Below, in pieces: positions 12,398-26,648 of a DNA stretch of 64,000 bases; the first letter of the stretch is position 1; the number at the start of each line of letters is the position of its first letter. Position numbers and translations under genes: made by a program. Below the pieces are notes generated by a model. That model ran no database searches and was not told where the DNA came from. It worked only from the letters and a program-made list of their open reading frames with translations. Source of the DNA: Mobula hypostoma (taxonomy: Eukaryota); assembly GCF_963921235.1 (NCBI RefSeq), contig NC_086109.1:17796001-17860000 (forward strand), written 5' to 3'.

Positions 12398-14569
12398 ATC
12401 ATACATAGAATGATCTATGTATGGTCAGCATCATGATGAAAAATAGAAGGGGGTCATGGAGTGTGAGTAAGAAGAAGTCATTTGGCCTCAAGAGGATAAA
12501 TATGAATTGAACCAGGCAGGTGAGGTGAAACCCAGCTGAGCCATGTAAAGTGTTGGCAGGGAATATGCTGCATAATCATGAACATTTAACAAAATCTTTT
12601 TAAAAAATTTAAATATTATCCTTTTGGAATGATGTTTGGGAAAAACACTCCACAATGATAAGTAAGCCCTATTGCTTCTGCATATTTTTATATTTTTTTC
12701 CTTGTTTATGTCGTATAATACAGTAAACCGGAAGTTTACAGTATGGAGAAGTTGAGCTGAAATGAATAAAAAAGACTTGCCACTGGGGGGTGATAGCATC
12801 TAGTGAATGGCTGGTATTTTTGAAGGAGTTGTGAAAATGAACTATATATTGCGAAAGGCGCTTTAAGATCAGAACTAATTCAATATTCTGCTGGAGGACT
12901 GTATGCATTTAGTTTTAGTTAAAGACCTGTGTAGGAACTTGGTCCATAAATCTAACATACAGTGACTAACCGGAGATACAAAAAACTGTATATATGGAAC
13001 CTGGAACTCAAAGCAACTTGATGGAGGAACTGAAAGTGGGACAAGAAGCATATGTGGAAGCAAAGGAAGAGTCAACATTTTGGGTTGAGTTGCAGTCTAA
13101 AGGGTCTTGTTTTGCTGCTGTAGATTCGGAATGAATGTTTTTGTGGGAACCAGAACCTTAATGATATGGATATTGTCATACTTACATGGTACCAGATGTT
13201 TCTAAGAAATGTGAAAATCATGAAGTGACCAGCAAAATTCACATGACAACCATTTTGTGTACAGGAGGGGTATACGAAGGAAAGTTATTGGTGCAAAACG
13301 GAAAGAGAACTCCTGTTAGACTAGCATTCCATGAGATATTTAACTTGCATATGAGCCCCTCCCTGAACCCTCCTTCCATGTCTAAAAAGACCCAATCTAA
13401 ATTCTATGAAGCACAAATGGTAGATTCCGGATATTCCTCAAGAAGGGTGCCAAACAAAAGAAAAGAGAATCTCAAAAGGAAATATCAGCAACTGTTACTT
13501 ATCCAAGTGTGGCATTAAAAACTCCACATTTTCATGACAGATTTTATTTAGCTATGTGTTTCTTTATCCCAATAGATGTCAGGTATTTTCATAATTGGTC
13601 ATATGGTCGTGGAAAGACATTTGGCTGACTGCCCATAGCATAAATTGGCCGTAAGGTGACTTAAAAAAAAATCTTGTCTTTGATTTAGTGACATTTCATA
13701 TGATTAACGGAAAGGGATTTTTGCCTAATTTGCATAATTTTAGAAATCTCAGAAGACACTTGACAATGGTGACAATGAACTATAGTAATTTACATTTAAA
13801 ATAGTGGGTTATTATCCAGCAGTTACAAGTGGGTAAGTTGAAATGACAGGCACAGGCATTTAGAAATGGTGATCAGTTTTTAAGTTTCATTTTTAACTTG
13901 GAATGCGATTATGTTCTTTTATCATTTATTGTATCCTGCCAAACAAGGTGTTTAATTTCTTGGCAATGGCTCCCTCAATATTTGAGTGTGAAAATTAATC
14001 TGTATGTAGGATGAACTAGACTGAGAGGCTGAATTATTTTTGGGGGCACTTGATGGTGCTATTTCCTAGTTTTCTGATGGAAAACATATTCCAAAGAGAC
14101 CTCTCTGTAGCCATAGCCTATGCATATTCCTATTGAACCCTACAGCTGGAGAACAAAAGTCTTCCAACTTCTCAACAGTTACTCAGTATAGAAATCAGCA
14201 CTCTGAATTTACGGCAGGTTAGTCTGGGTAGTTTACATTTCTTAATTGAATTAATAAATGTGTTTGAATATATTTAATTGATTTTCTTGTTTTTTAGTAT
14301 TATAATTTTAAATTTTAAGAAAAACTAATATTTAACAGTGTGATAAATATAGTATTGACCATGTTTATAGCTCTTTTGGTCTATGGGAAAGTTAATACTT
14401 TCCTATGCTAGCATAGTTTGGGTTGGAATAATGGAAAGGAATTTTTGCCGCATTGGTCTTTGTTGCCATTCTTTTAAATGAAGTACAAATGGATACCTGG
14501 AACTGGCAAGATATTGTGGCTTACAACAGATAGCAAGCACGAGCAATTACTTCACTGATTTGTTTATTG

Positions 14570-14785
14570 TTGTTGTTGTTGTTGTTGTTCATCCATCGTA
14601 CGTCGATGAGGACCTCGACACCATTACTGATGGTGTCGAGACTAGCGTGTGACTTGGATTTAAGTGAGGGAGAGCTGCACAGCGTCAGCCTCACTCTCTC
14701 TTCCCAATTCCCATCTGGATCCAGTGGCAAGACAGAGTTGAGACGGCTGGAGATGTGACTAGGCGCAGTGGATGACCAGGATCTC
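14570..14785 (-). mobile_element. RTE-related SINE/short retroposon with (AAC)n tail
   Basis: 10-bp TSD TTGTTTATTG at 14560-14569 and 14786-14795; hairpin CTCGACACCA/TGGTGTCGAG; body GGATTTAAGTGAGG..CAGCCTCACTCTCTC..TCCAGTGGCAAGAC resembles RTE-derived MAR1-type SINEs (from recall). Confidence 0.75.
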
Positions 14786-16129
14786 TTGTTTATTGCATAA
14801 TGGAATCACAGATATTTAATCTATCAGTACATACATTTATTAGACATGCTACAATATGTATTAAATGTTCATTCAGCACTGCATTGATTTATCATTCAAC
14901 TACATGACATAAATAACAAATGCATTCAATAGAAGACAGCAATTTGTCTCTCTTGCCTTTTAGTTCTGAGGACAAAATACAAAAACATTTTGTATGCCAA
15001 ACCACAAATGTAAAACAAATGACTTCTCAGCTTCAGATGATTACAACAGTGTTACCTTTTTATTTCAAATTCTTTTCACCAATGACCATTCTGGTAAAAT
15101 ATAATTTGGTTTCTTTTTCAAGCCAACTGCTTTGTTATAGATTTTGAAACTGCAGATCAATGAGTGGGCCAGATTTTTCTCATGGCATAATGGTGAGATT
15201 AATGGTACCACTGTTACTTGTCAGCATTACTTACACATTGGTTCTTTGACTAATTGCCAATAGCCAAAAGTTACACAAAAGTATTTTACTTTTTAATACA
15301 GCATTGAAATACTTTGAATGTTGTAGGTGTGCTTTATTTATGCATTAGATTTGAATTAAATAAGGCCTCAGAATATTTTTTATTCATTAATTTAAGTACA
15401 TTTAAAAGTTTGTTAATTAAGTGTGCAATGTACAGAAGATCAGTCCATCTAGAATTAAAAATATAAGCAGAAAAAGGCTAGCTACTGTACATAAAAGTGT
15501 GTTTTCATTGTGTATTAAAATCTTTTAAAAAATTAGTTCCTATTTCCTGAATTTGATTCTTAGCCATGTTTAAAATACTGTATGAGAGGTGTTTCCAGTT
15601 CGATCCCCAACAGAAACAATGTAGTGGTAAAGTTAAAGTCAAAGTCAAGGTAGTGCAGAGGCTCTGAAAGTATATCTTATGAATTCCACTTTCACTTTTC
15701 TCTTCATAGTCTGGAAGTCCTTTTTTAACGTTACTTTTAAATCTTTCATCAGCCTTTACAGGTGGGGCATTTTAATTCATGGTAGTCAGATGCATAAAAG
15801 AAATTCCTCATTGCATCGAGCATTTTTTAGGTGATTGATTTATGGGATAACTTGAAATACTAGTGCGTGCAGATTTTTTGTATTAGAAATTAATATGATT
15901 GGATGTTGAAAATTTGATAATGTCAGAATTTTAAAATATTAGCAGAAAATTAGTTTGCACAAGTCTTGCAAACATTCAGATTGTGATGTGCTGGCCTTTA
16001 GATATTAAATTTGGTTTAAATTATTTAAAGCTTTTGACCAACCTATCTTTCATTGTATGTACTGACAATAACATTCTTTAAGTGCACATTGGATAACATT
16101 ACTCTGCTGACTGCATGGGTTAATGTAAG

Positions 16130-16570
16130 AAGAGTGTTTTAGGGCTCTGAGCCTGTACTTGCTGGAGTTTAGAAAAAGGAAGGGTTATCTCATTGAAATC
16201 TACAAAATATTTAAAGACCTAAATGTGGGGAGGATGTTTCCTATAGTCGGGGAGTCTAGGACCAGAGAGCACAGCCTCAGAATAGAGGGATTTCCCTTTA
16301 AAGCAAAGATGAGGGGGAATTTCTTTACCTAGAGAGTAGTGAATCTGTGGAATTTATTGCCACAGATGGCTGTGGAGGCCAAGTCATTGGGTATATTTAA
16401 AGTAAAGGTTGATGGCTTTTTGATTAGTCAGGGTTTCGAAGGTTATGGGAAGAAGGCAGGAGAATGGAGTTGAGAGGGATAATAAATCAAAGAATGTCAG
16501 AGCTAACTCCCTTGACCAAATGGTCTAATTCTGCCCCTATGTCTTAAGGTCTTATGATCTTATGGTCTAA
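16130..16570 (+). mobile_element. CR1/HER1-like LINE 3' fragment
   Basis: LEFRK.RGYLIE.YKIFK and RGNFFT.RVVNLWNLLP-like motifs; (TCTTATG)n-like tail; similar to 29930-30580. Confidence 0.8.
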
Positions 16571-17064
16571 ATGTTGCACTCAGCTAAAGGTCACCTCAAA
16601 TCCAACAGAATTAAGCAGCTTCTCTTCTTAAAAATGAATGAAAAACATCAGCTCTTTGAATTAAAAAAATGCTTTATTTATTACTTGAAGACTGAAGTCG
16701 GCGAGTCTGGAAATCGAGGCCCAATGGCTGAAGCACTGGGTCTGAGATTGTGAGTCCACTTATTTTGGAAGGACTTATTTTATAAAAGGACTTATAAAAG
16801 GACTTATTTTGCTGTTGTTTTGTTGCTGTTGTGTTGCTGTTACTTGTGTTGGCCTGAACGTTGCAGGCATGCTATGTTGGCACCAGAATGTGTGGCTACA
16901 CTTGCGGCCTGGCCCTAGCACATCCTTAGTTGTGTTGGTTGTTAATGGAAATGACACATTTCCTGTATGTTTCTATGTACATGTGAAAAATAAATGAACC
17001 TGAATCTGAATTATTCCACCTGATTGTTGATCCATCTATGTAAATCAAGACTCTTTACTCAGAA

Positions 17065-17353
17065 ATACAGGGGATTCTGCAGATGCTGGAAATCCAGAGT
17101 TACAAAAACAAAATACTGAAGGAACTCAGTAGGTCGGGCAACGTCGGTGGAAAGGAATAAATGGTTGATGTTTTAGGAAGAAGCCCCCATTCTTATCAAG
17201 AATTAATAAGAAATCTTATTCTTATTAAGAAAGGGGGCTTCTTCTCCCTTCCTTTCCAATCCTGGTGAAGGGTCTTGGTCTGAAATGTTGACAGTTTATT
17301 CGTTTCCAGAGATGCTACCTGACCTGCTGAGTTCCTCCAGCACTTGTATGTAT
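17065..17353. mobile_element. Older fold-back Penelope-like insertion
   Basis: Inverted pLTR arms; TSD GACT(C/G)TTTA(C/G)TCAGAA at 17049-17064 and 17354-17369. Confidence 0.8.
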
Positions 17354-18529
17354 GACTGTTTAGTCAGAATCTATTTCAAATGCAAAGCCATCCCGAATGA
17401 AACTTGATGGAAGCACATGGATGGTAGAAAAACTAAGAGCTATGTGGGAGAGAAGGGTTAGATTGCTCTTGGAGTAGGTTGGCACGACATTGGATCAAAG
17501 GCATGCATTTTTTAATGTTCTCTGTAAGTTTTAGATGGTGAATCATTTCAGTGTAATAATATGTCAGTTTTACAGGACTTCAATGCTGCAGCCATCCTCA
17601 GATCTTTTATCCTATAGCCATGGTCCAGAATGAAGCCTTTTATGCCTGTGTCAAGTTTTGGTTGGAATACGCAAGATGACCTCATTTCTAGGTCTTTCTT
17701 TTTTTAAGTCCTCTTCAGGTTTTGTCTAATCATTTAAATGTTCCTATTGTATCTATTTGTAGCATCCTTTTAAACATCACATTCCAATGTGATTGCTGAC
17801 ATTTTTCCAATGTGATCTCAGGCTATTTTGCCAAATACCTGTATCCTCCAGTGACAACTCAACTATGTGACAATGGTGAGAGATACCAATGAATATATTT
17901 GTTTAAAATGTTAAACTGAACTGTTTCCATTGAATATGTCTACCCATAATCTCTGTTTTAACTAGAATGAAAATTGGATAGCTGTATTGTCTAAATGAGG
18001 ATGAGATGGAAGGAACGTTATTTCTAGTCTTCCTGCTTAAATATATTTGATTTTATTAAAGTCTTTCTCCCCATTTACATTTCAAACAATCCTGTAAATC
18101 TCATTGTAATCAAAACTTTTCACATACAGTCCTTTAGATTCACCCTTCTGGTACGTTGAATTAGTTGGCATTGCGTTCCTTTGGGCAGTATTTTCTTACA
18201 TCAGCAAGAATTAGTCCTGGCACGAGATCTTTTTGTATAGGCCAGTTTTTATCCAGGTAGCTAGGAAAGCAGATCGCTTGTTTAGCCAAAAGAGGGAATA
18301 TATGAAGTAAACAACTGATTTTCAAATTATTAAGACAGTAGAGAGAAACTTCAGGAAGAGCAGTGAAGTCCTGCTCTTGGCCAATAAGTTTATCTGGTCA
18401 TTTAACTAACTGTTACTCTTGGCATTCTCTGTTCGTAACTTGGCAGGTCATTGCATTGATAATAGTCATTAACTGGCTCTGGAAGTACTTCGGGAATACG
18501 TAAAATGAATTGTAAACTCATTATGATAA

Positions 18530-20367
18530 ACCCCAACACAGTTTTATCCCCCCGGTTCAGTCCCTTCCTACCTAATCCATGACACTTCACATGCTGTTGA
18601 TCTTTTCAATGATTTCACATTCCCTGGCCCTGAGCATCTTATTTTCACTATGTATGTTCAGTCCCTAGACACCCCCATCTCCCACCAGGAAGGCCTCAAA
18701 GCTGTCCGTTACTTTCTGGACACCAGACCCTCCACCACCACTCTGGCAGAACTTGTCATCACTCTCAATAATTTCTCCTTTGGCTCCTCCCACTTCCTTC
18801 AAACAAAAGGTGTGGCCATGGGTACTCGCATGGGTCCCAGCTTTGCCTACTTTTTTGTCGGCTACGTGGAACAGACTATGCCAAGCCTACGCTGGTGTCA
18901 CTCTCCAACTTTTCCTACACCACATCGACGACTGCATTGCTGCTGCTTCCTGCACCCATGCGGAGCTCGTCGACGTCACCAACTTTGCCTCCAACTTCCA
19001 CCCTGCCCTCAAATTTACGTGGTCCATTTCTGACAGTTCCCTCCCTTTTCTCGATCTCCCTGCCTCTATCTCTGGAGACAGCTTATTTACTGATATCTAT
19101 TACAAACCCACTGACTCTCATGGCTATACGGACTATACCTCTTCCCACCCTGTTTCGTGTAAAAAATGGCTTTCTCTTAATTCCTCTGTCTCCACCGCAT
19201 CTGCTGTCAGGATGAGGCTTTTCATTCCAGAGTGAAGAAGATGTCCTCCTTCTTCAAAGAAAGGGGCTTCCCTTGCTCCACCATTAACACACTGCCCTCA
19301 ACTGCATCTCTTCCATTTCGTGCACGTCTGCCCTCACCCTATCCTCCCACCACCCCACTAGGGATAGGGTTGCTTTTGGCTTCACTTACCACCCCACCAG
19401 CCTCCGTGTCCAGCACATAATTCTCTGTAACTTCCACCATCTCCAACGGGATCCCACAACCATATACATCTTTCCCTTCCGCCCCCCCCAACACTTGCTG
19501 CTTTCTGCAGAGGTCACTTCCTTGTCCATTCGTCCCTCCCCACTGATCTCCTTCCTGGCACTTATCCTTGCAAGCGGAACAAGTACCACACCTGTCCCTA
19601 CACCTTCTCCCTCATTACCATTCAGGGCCCCAAACAGTCCTTCCAGGTGAGGCAACACTTCACCTGTGAGTCTGTTTGTTGGGGGTCATCTACTGTATCT
19701 GGTGCTCGCGGTGTGGCTGCTTGTCTATCGGTGAGACCCAGTGTAGGTGCTTCGCAAACACTTACGCTCTATCCAGCAGAATCGATGCCACCCATTTTAA
19801 TTCCACTTCCCATTCCCATTCTGACATGTCAGTCCACGGCCTCCTCTGCTGTTGTGATGAGGCCACACTCAGGTTGGAGGAGCAACACCTTAAATTCCAC
19901 TTGGGTAGCCTCTAACCTGATGGCATGAACATCGATTTCTCGAACTTCTGGTAATGCTCCCTCCCTTCCCCATTCCCTTTTCCCTCTCTCACCTTATCTC
20001 CTTACCTGCCCATCACCTCCCTCTGGTGCTCCTCCTCCCTTTTCTTTCTTCCATGGCCTTCTGTCCTCTCCTATCAGATTCCCCCTTCTCCAACCCTGTA
20101 TCACTTTCACCAATCAACTTTCCAGCTCTTTACTTCACCTCTCCCCCTTCCCTTCCCGGTTTCACCTATCACCTTGTGTTTCTTCCTCCCCTTGTCGCAC
20201 CTTCTAACTCTGACTCCTCATCTTTTTTTCTTCATTCCTGATGAAGGGTCTCGGCCCATAACATCGACTGTACTCTTTTCCATAGATGCTGCTTGACCTG
20301 CTGAGTTCATCCAGCATTTTGTGTGAGTTGCTTGGATTTCCAGCATCTGCAGATTTTCTCTTGTTTG
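18530..20367 (+). mobile_element. 5'-truncated Penelope-like (Neptune-type) retroelement with RT, Cys-rich linker, GIY-YIG endonuclease and pLTR (frameshifted)
   Basis: MYVQSLDTPISHQEGL, FLQTKGVAMGTRMGPSFA, HIDDCI, LPFLD, TDIYYKPTDSH, TYPCKRNK.HTCPY, GVIYCIWCSRCGCLSIGET, LRLEEQHL; 12-bp TSD TCATTATGATAA at 18518-18529 and 20368-20379; hammerhead at ~20234-20270 has CUGAUGA but GAAA mutated. Confidence 0.95.
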
Positions 20368-22689
20368 TCATTATGATAATTGTTTTATTAATCTAGTACT
20401 GTATATCCTCTTAACTATTAAATTCAAGAGTCCAGTTACATAAAATATTCAAAATATATCTTGTGCATGTACCCTGTCCACTCCTATTTACTGTGATAAT
20501 GCATATTATGTTAAGGCTTCAAATTCTACTGCTTTTTCTCCAATATGCCCTTTCTCTGTGTTTATTTCGTAAAATAACTTTTCAATTTGGGTTTGTAAAT
20601 CAATTGTTAGAGCAAAAGCTGGTTGCCCTCCATGTTCGTTGCATGCAGGAAAATTGGGAGTTTTATTCTTTTGAAGTAGACTGAATTTGTAATTCTGTCT
20701 TGGAAAAGCCCAAAAATACAGGAGGAAATTCTCTTAGCCTGAGGAGGGCACTGTCGCCACAGTATGCAAGCTGGCTAGGATATATAGTGGAGAGATTTAT
20801 CAAAGGAAATTAACAAAACACTATATATTTTAATTATAATGATGTAACTGCTGCAAGCAATTGCAACAATTAACTTTGAAACTTTGCCAATGTTGGTATT
20901 TTTAAACTGAGATCCAATAACCTTAGTCCAATACAAATCCTTGATACAAAGATGACATTCTTTGCATTATTTTTGGTGACAATATAATTCTTAATTTTAT
21001 TATTTCTACTGTAGGAGCAAAACAATAAGTTTAATGAAGTAGTAGTTAATGTAGTGTACAGCAAATAGGATTGGTATACTTTGCTGAACTAATGCATTTG
21101 AGAACAAGTTGGACTTTATGGTTGTAATAATTATTATCTCCTTGTATAGCACTGGAGTACTTTGTATTGTATATATATTGCAAAAAATAAATTAATTAAG
21201 ATTAACAACATTGATATTTATTACTCTACGTGATGATTTTTAAATGGTATTTTTCCTCACTAGAGTGCAATTTATGAACGAAGATATTATAAAACTTGGT
21301 TTCCTCTACATAACAGTAGTAGATAGCATCTCTATACCAGCATCTGGAAATGAATGTACCTGGAAAATTAAACATCTTTTTCATCATCATCAATATTTCC
21401 AGAATATTTGTGGTTTTAATTTTTTATTGTCATTTAAATTTTTCTTTGTTTTTGAATCACCTCCTATTTCTACATTTCCTATTTGTTACTTAGTATTTGA
21501 AATTATATTGCAATTTTTTTTGGAATTGCCATGAAAATCTCACCTGTTTTTGGTCAAATAATACCCAGCATATCCTACCATATCCATCATAGATTGAATT
21601 TAGACCAGTTGGAACTATTAATGTGTCTTTGGAAAGTAATTAGTTCTAAAACCAGTACATATCCATATTAGTAATATTACACATGAGATGTTCACATATA
21701 TGTCAAAGGAGGTCATGTTTACAAGTTGAATGTTCAAGGTTATTGGGATAAATTTCAACACAAGACATTGAATGGCATAAAAATACTGGAATTGTTTAAG
21801 AACTGGGAATAGTAACCGACTTGAAGATTATTTTAATATGTTGTTTGAGTAATCTTAAGAACTAACCTGTGATATTGTAAAGTCAGTCTTCTTCCTATTT
21901 CCCCTGGTTTGATGAAATGGGCTGTAATTTTGGCCATTCTGCTGAACAGCCCCAATGTAAATTCAAATGTACATCCTGTCTCATCCAATTCTGTCCTCTG
22001 AGAGATACATGTTCGAGTAAATTATGGCAAGCTATTAGTTATTGGGACATTTTTTGACAGTTTAACTATTTTCAGTATATATTTTGTAATTGTATCTCCT
22101 TCCATCAATTACTGTAGATTAGAAATATAATACTAGGTAACGTAAACACATATAGGTAAAATAAAATTGTATGGATTAAGAATATCTATATATTAAAATG
22201 TATATTTATTTATACAGTACTATGCAAACTTTCTCTCTTGTATGATTGGATAAGTTCCCATCAGAATTGTACATTTGAATAACCAGTTCTCCATTGTAAT
22301 AAAAATTCCTATTTCTTTTGCAGCAAGTTAAGGATTTATTAAAGATCTCAACACGAGGCAGTTGGATGGGTATCTGAGAAGTTATGCAATCCTCTCAATT
22401 CAGGGAAATTGAAGTCCTTGATTGAAGCTGCATGTAGCATTCCAGTGTTATTAGCCCAATTGATTATAAAGCCACACAAGTAATAATGTTACATTTGGTG
22501 ATAGTTGAATCTTTTCTTTTAATTGGAGAAGGCACACATGCAGCTGAAACTGTAAATTTGTTATTCTTCAGTATGCTGTTGCTATGGAATGACATCCATA
22601 CTCTATGATTAACAACTGTGATATTATCACCATTGTTTATTTTTGAGGAAAAACACACTGGTAGTTAATAATCAGGAAATCTACATTCA

Positions 22690-23948
22690 TGTCATTCTAC
22701 ATATGTATGTGTTACACATGTATTGTTTATTTGTGTCAGGGAGGGAGGTGTTACTGTGCCAGTGACGCCTCGCTCCCTGATGTTCTAAATAACTTAAGAG
22801 GCATGCAACACGTTGCCACTTTGAGGCATGAAGCACATTGCCAGCCATGAAAGATACCTCCATCCCTGATGAGCAGTCACTGTCTGTAACAGCAATAGAT
22901 GTGAGAAGGTCTCTGCAGAGAGTCAACCCCCGTAAAGCAGCCGGGCCAGACAATATCCCAGGCCAAGTACTCAGAGAGTATCCACAGCAGCTCGCAGATG
23001 TCTTCACGAACATTTTCAACACTTCACTCATCCAGGCTGCCGTCCTCACGTGCTGCAAATCAGCCACCATCACTCTGTACCAAAGAACTCTACACCTTCA
23101 GAACTAAACAACTACCACCCCATGGCTCTGATGCCAACCAGCTTTGAATGGCTGGTTACGACACATATCAAAAACTTCATTCCTGCCACATTAAACACTC
23201 ACCAATATGCTTAGTAACCAATATATGTGAGCAGATTCAAACTCCTGGGAGTGCACATCTCTCACGACCTCTATTGGTCTCAGAACCCATTCTACCCAAT
23301 CAGAAAAGTTCACTAACACCTCTGCTTTCTGAGGAGGCTGAAGAGAGCTGGACTATGCACATCTACACTCACGTTTTTCTATAGATGCACAGTAGAGAGC
23401 ATCCTAACAAGCTGCATCATTGCATGATATGGAAACTGCACTGCAGCGGAGAGAAAGACTGCCCAAAGCATCACTGGCACTAGCCTACCCGCCATCAAGG
23501 AAATATGTACAGAAGGGTGCTAGAAAAGGGTCAATAACATCATGAAGGATCCTACTTATTCCAGTCATGGGCTGTTTGTCTTGCTCCCATCATGGAGTAG
23601 GCTATGTAGCAACTATGCCAGGGCTACCAGAATCAAAAACAGTTCCTTTCCCCAAGCAGTATAACTGATCAACACTCCACCCACTAACCTACCCCTCCAC
23701 ATCTCCAACCACCACTACCTTATCATAATTTCCTGTCAGTTACCTTATGTACAGACACTCCTTTCATTTTTTGGACATACAATCGATCTACAGTATGTAT
23801 ATAAGCAATCTTATGTATTTATTGTGTTTTTATTATTATTGTGTTCTTTATCTTATTGTGTTTTTTAATGCTGTATCGGAGCCGGAGTAACAATTGTTTT
23901 GTTCTGTGCACTTGTGTACTGGAAATGATATTAACCAATCTTGAATCT
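22690..23948 (+). mobile_element. Rex1/Babar-like LINE, internally deleted
   Basis: DVRRSLQRVNPRKAAGPDNIPG..LADVFTNIFNTSL (RT N-terminus), then C-terminal FYRCTVESILTSCIIAW.GNC and SSFPQAV.L motifs; AATCTTGAATCTT tail. Confidence 0.85.
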
Positions 23949-26648
23949 TCAGTAGCACTTCTTCCTTCTCTAATTGTCAATCTTAGGTGCAATTTTGCTA
24001 TCCTAGTTAATCTTTAAAGTACTATATGAAGAAGACACAGTGTAGCCATCAATTGCATACTGCATTAATCATAGTGAGACTACATGCAACAAAATCTATA
24101 ATTACAGTGACTGCAAAGTTTGTTATCAGTGACTATAGTTATGATGTCTGCAAGGAACTTGGTGACATGCAGCATTAAGCAGCTTTAGTCCTTTTATGAA
24201 AGGAAGTACACTAGGGAAACATAATTCAGGTAAAACTATGGTCTGATTGGGGAGTGGTGTCAAGTTGAGTGTTATAATGCATTGTAACATACTTGTTTAT
24301 AAAGATATTCAAAAAGACTGGATGTATTGTTGCATTGTTGGAAAGCTTTATAGCACTGTGTTACTATTATATCCAGGACAAAACAAGCAGTACAACTCTT
24401 TAATTTATCGTAATCTCAGCATTACCAGATGGTGCACCATAGTTTGCCTTGGTACTCTTGAGCAAAAGGCAAGATTCAAACAGAATTGCCAATTTTGTGT
24501 AACAGCTGGGAAATTAAACAAATAATTTGATGCAAAATAGTCATCATTACATATTAAGTTACCAAGTTTTGTAAATAAATCTCCTAAAAGTTAGAGCAAA
24601 CTTTTCCTTGCATATTCCATCTTGCATGAGGTGACAATAGTGTCAGATTTGGCTTTATTCCACTTGTAGTCAAGGAGTGGAAGTGGAGAGGAATAGTGGC
24701 AAAAAAGAAGAGGTAAAGGTTTTACATACCACAAAAGTAATAATCCCAGAAATATGAAATGGGTGGAACAATTTGCTTCCTGTTAGATGTTTCTTTATTT
24801 CTTAAATTACTTCTTTTCTCTTAAAAACCTCAAATTACAGAATTTACAACAAAGCAATGTGGCAACTGATCTTTGCCAATGTTTGTGCTTCACATAAGAC
24901 TTTCCAATCTACCTCTAAGAAAAAGTATTATATTAGAATTCCTTGCTTAAGAGAATCAATTTACTTAAAATAATTCGTGATTCTGTTTGACTAGTTTTTC
25001 AGCTCATCAGGTAGCAGAGATACTTACGGACTGTCAAGCTCATAAGAAATGAAAAGTATATGTACAGCCAGCACTACAGTCTGTTCCAATATAGCAAATG
25101 ATATTTGCCGAATTTGATGAATACTGATTAGGGAATCTGTTTGCCAGCTTATAAAAACATTGCATAAGCAAAAAGCAAACAAACAAAAAAGATTTTTTGT
25201 TAGTTTCAAAAATCAGATGTCAACAGGATGAGGAAACTGGGGGAAGAACTAAAGCTCATTGGTATAACTTGCTTAGTTCATTTGGAGATGAGTTGCTGAA
25301 TTAAAAGCTAATATAATCAAGGGGGCAGATGGGAGGCATGTGGTGGTAGCGTCAGTTTTAATGATATTTTAGTTCCTTCTAGATATGATGCTTGAACAAT
25401 AATAATCAATTTGAACCTCAAGATTGTGTCAAAGCCTCAATGCATCATTACAATAATTGACTAGACTAAAACATTTAATGGTGCAGTCTGACAATGTCTG
25501 CATTAGATGTCTAAAAAACTTGACAAAGCTCCAGGGATTAAAGGTTTGTCTTCTGGACAGTTCTACAAGTAGCAGAAAAGATGAGATGTTAACAAAAACT
25601 TGACTTAATTTTATTTAAGCATTTTCAGTTGCTGCAGGGAGGGAACCGCTTTGCTGATTTGCCAATTGATCATAATTATATACTGTTCTCTATCACAGCT
25701 CTTCATTTCAGAGGGAACAAGCATATATATAGCTTATTCCTTGATGACAATTGAATATTGCTGGTACAGGTATATTGGATTTCTTCAGGATGTTGAATAA
25801 CACTCACAGTAACTGAATGTTCTCTGGATGTTTGCTGGCAAGGTATAGCATTTCTTTACCACCGCAATACAAATTTGGTTCAATCAATTGACTTATTAGG
25901 CTATTTCAAGAGCAGTTAAGAGTCGAGCACTTTGTTTTGTCAGTTATATAAGTCACAGGTTTATTTTATCTTGAGACATTAATGAATTGGGTGGATTTTT
26001 ACAACAGTCTGCTATGTTCATGATTGTCATTGTGGATGCCATTTATTCCAGATTTTATTTAATTATTGAAGCATATATTTTCCAGGTTATGATGTGTGCA
26101 GATCGTTAATCCAAGCCTTTGGATTGTTAGAGCAGCAACATAAACTCTCTATTCCATGTCCTCTACCATCTCCTCACTCAAATATTCTAAAAGGATTTTT
26201 AAGATGCCAGCGAACGTTTAGCATCGCCTGTATTCTACGCAAAACATTTTGGATATCTTGCAGTGTCAATTATAAAGACATGGATCAATAGAATGAGAGA
26301 GAATGGTAAACCCATTTCGAATAAAACTTGTGGTGATTCTTTTGTGGAGCTGTCTATGTAAATCATGTAATCATGATATAACTTGTAGCTTGACCCATTC
26401 CTAGAGGTTGCTAATGCACCCTCCAATTGGTCTGCAGGACAAAGGCTTTCCTCTCTAGATGGACTAGACTGCATTTGACAATCTTGTACCACTGATGATT
26501 TGTTTGTTCATTTGGGGTTACAGCATCACGTTGGATTCCAAGCAATGCAATTGCCCCATTGGGGACAGGCTGAGTATACCATAATCCTTAGTCCATTTTT
26601 ACACAGATGTTTCCCGTTCCGAGCCATGTTTTTCTTTTTTTTCTTTAG

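Noticed and set aside
13186..13518. 110-aa plus ORF and adjacent minus-strand donor at 13185
   Set aside because: No recognisable homology or supporting exon structure; minus frames contain stops nearby
22324..22370. Possible short coding exon QVKDLLKISTRGSWM
   Set aside because: Acceptor is good but the donor is weak and the peptide unrecognised; expected by chance in AT-rich DNA
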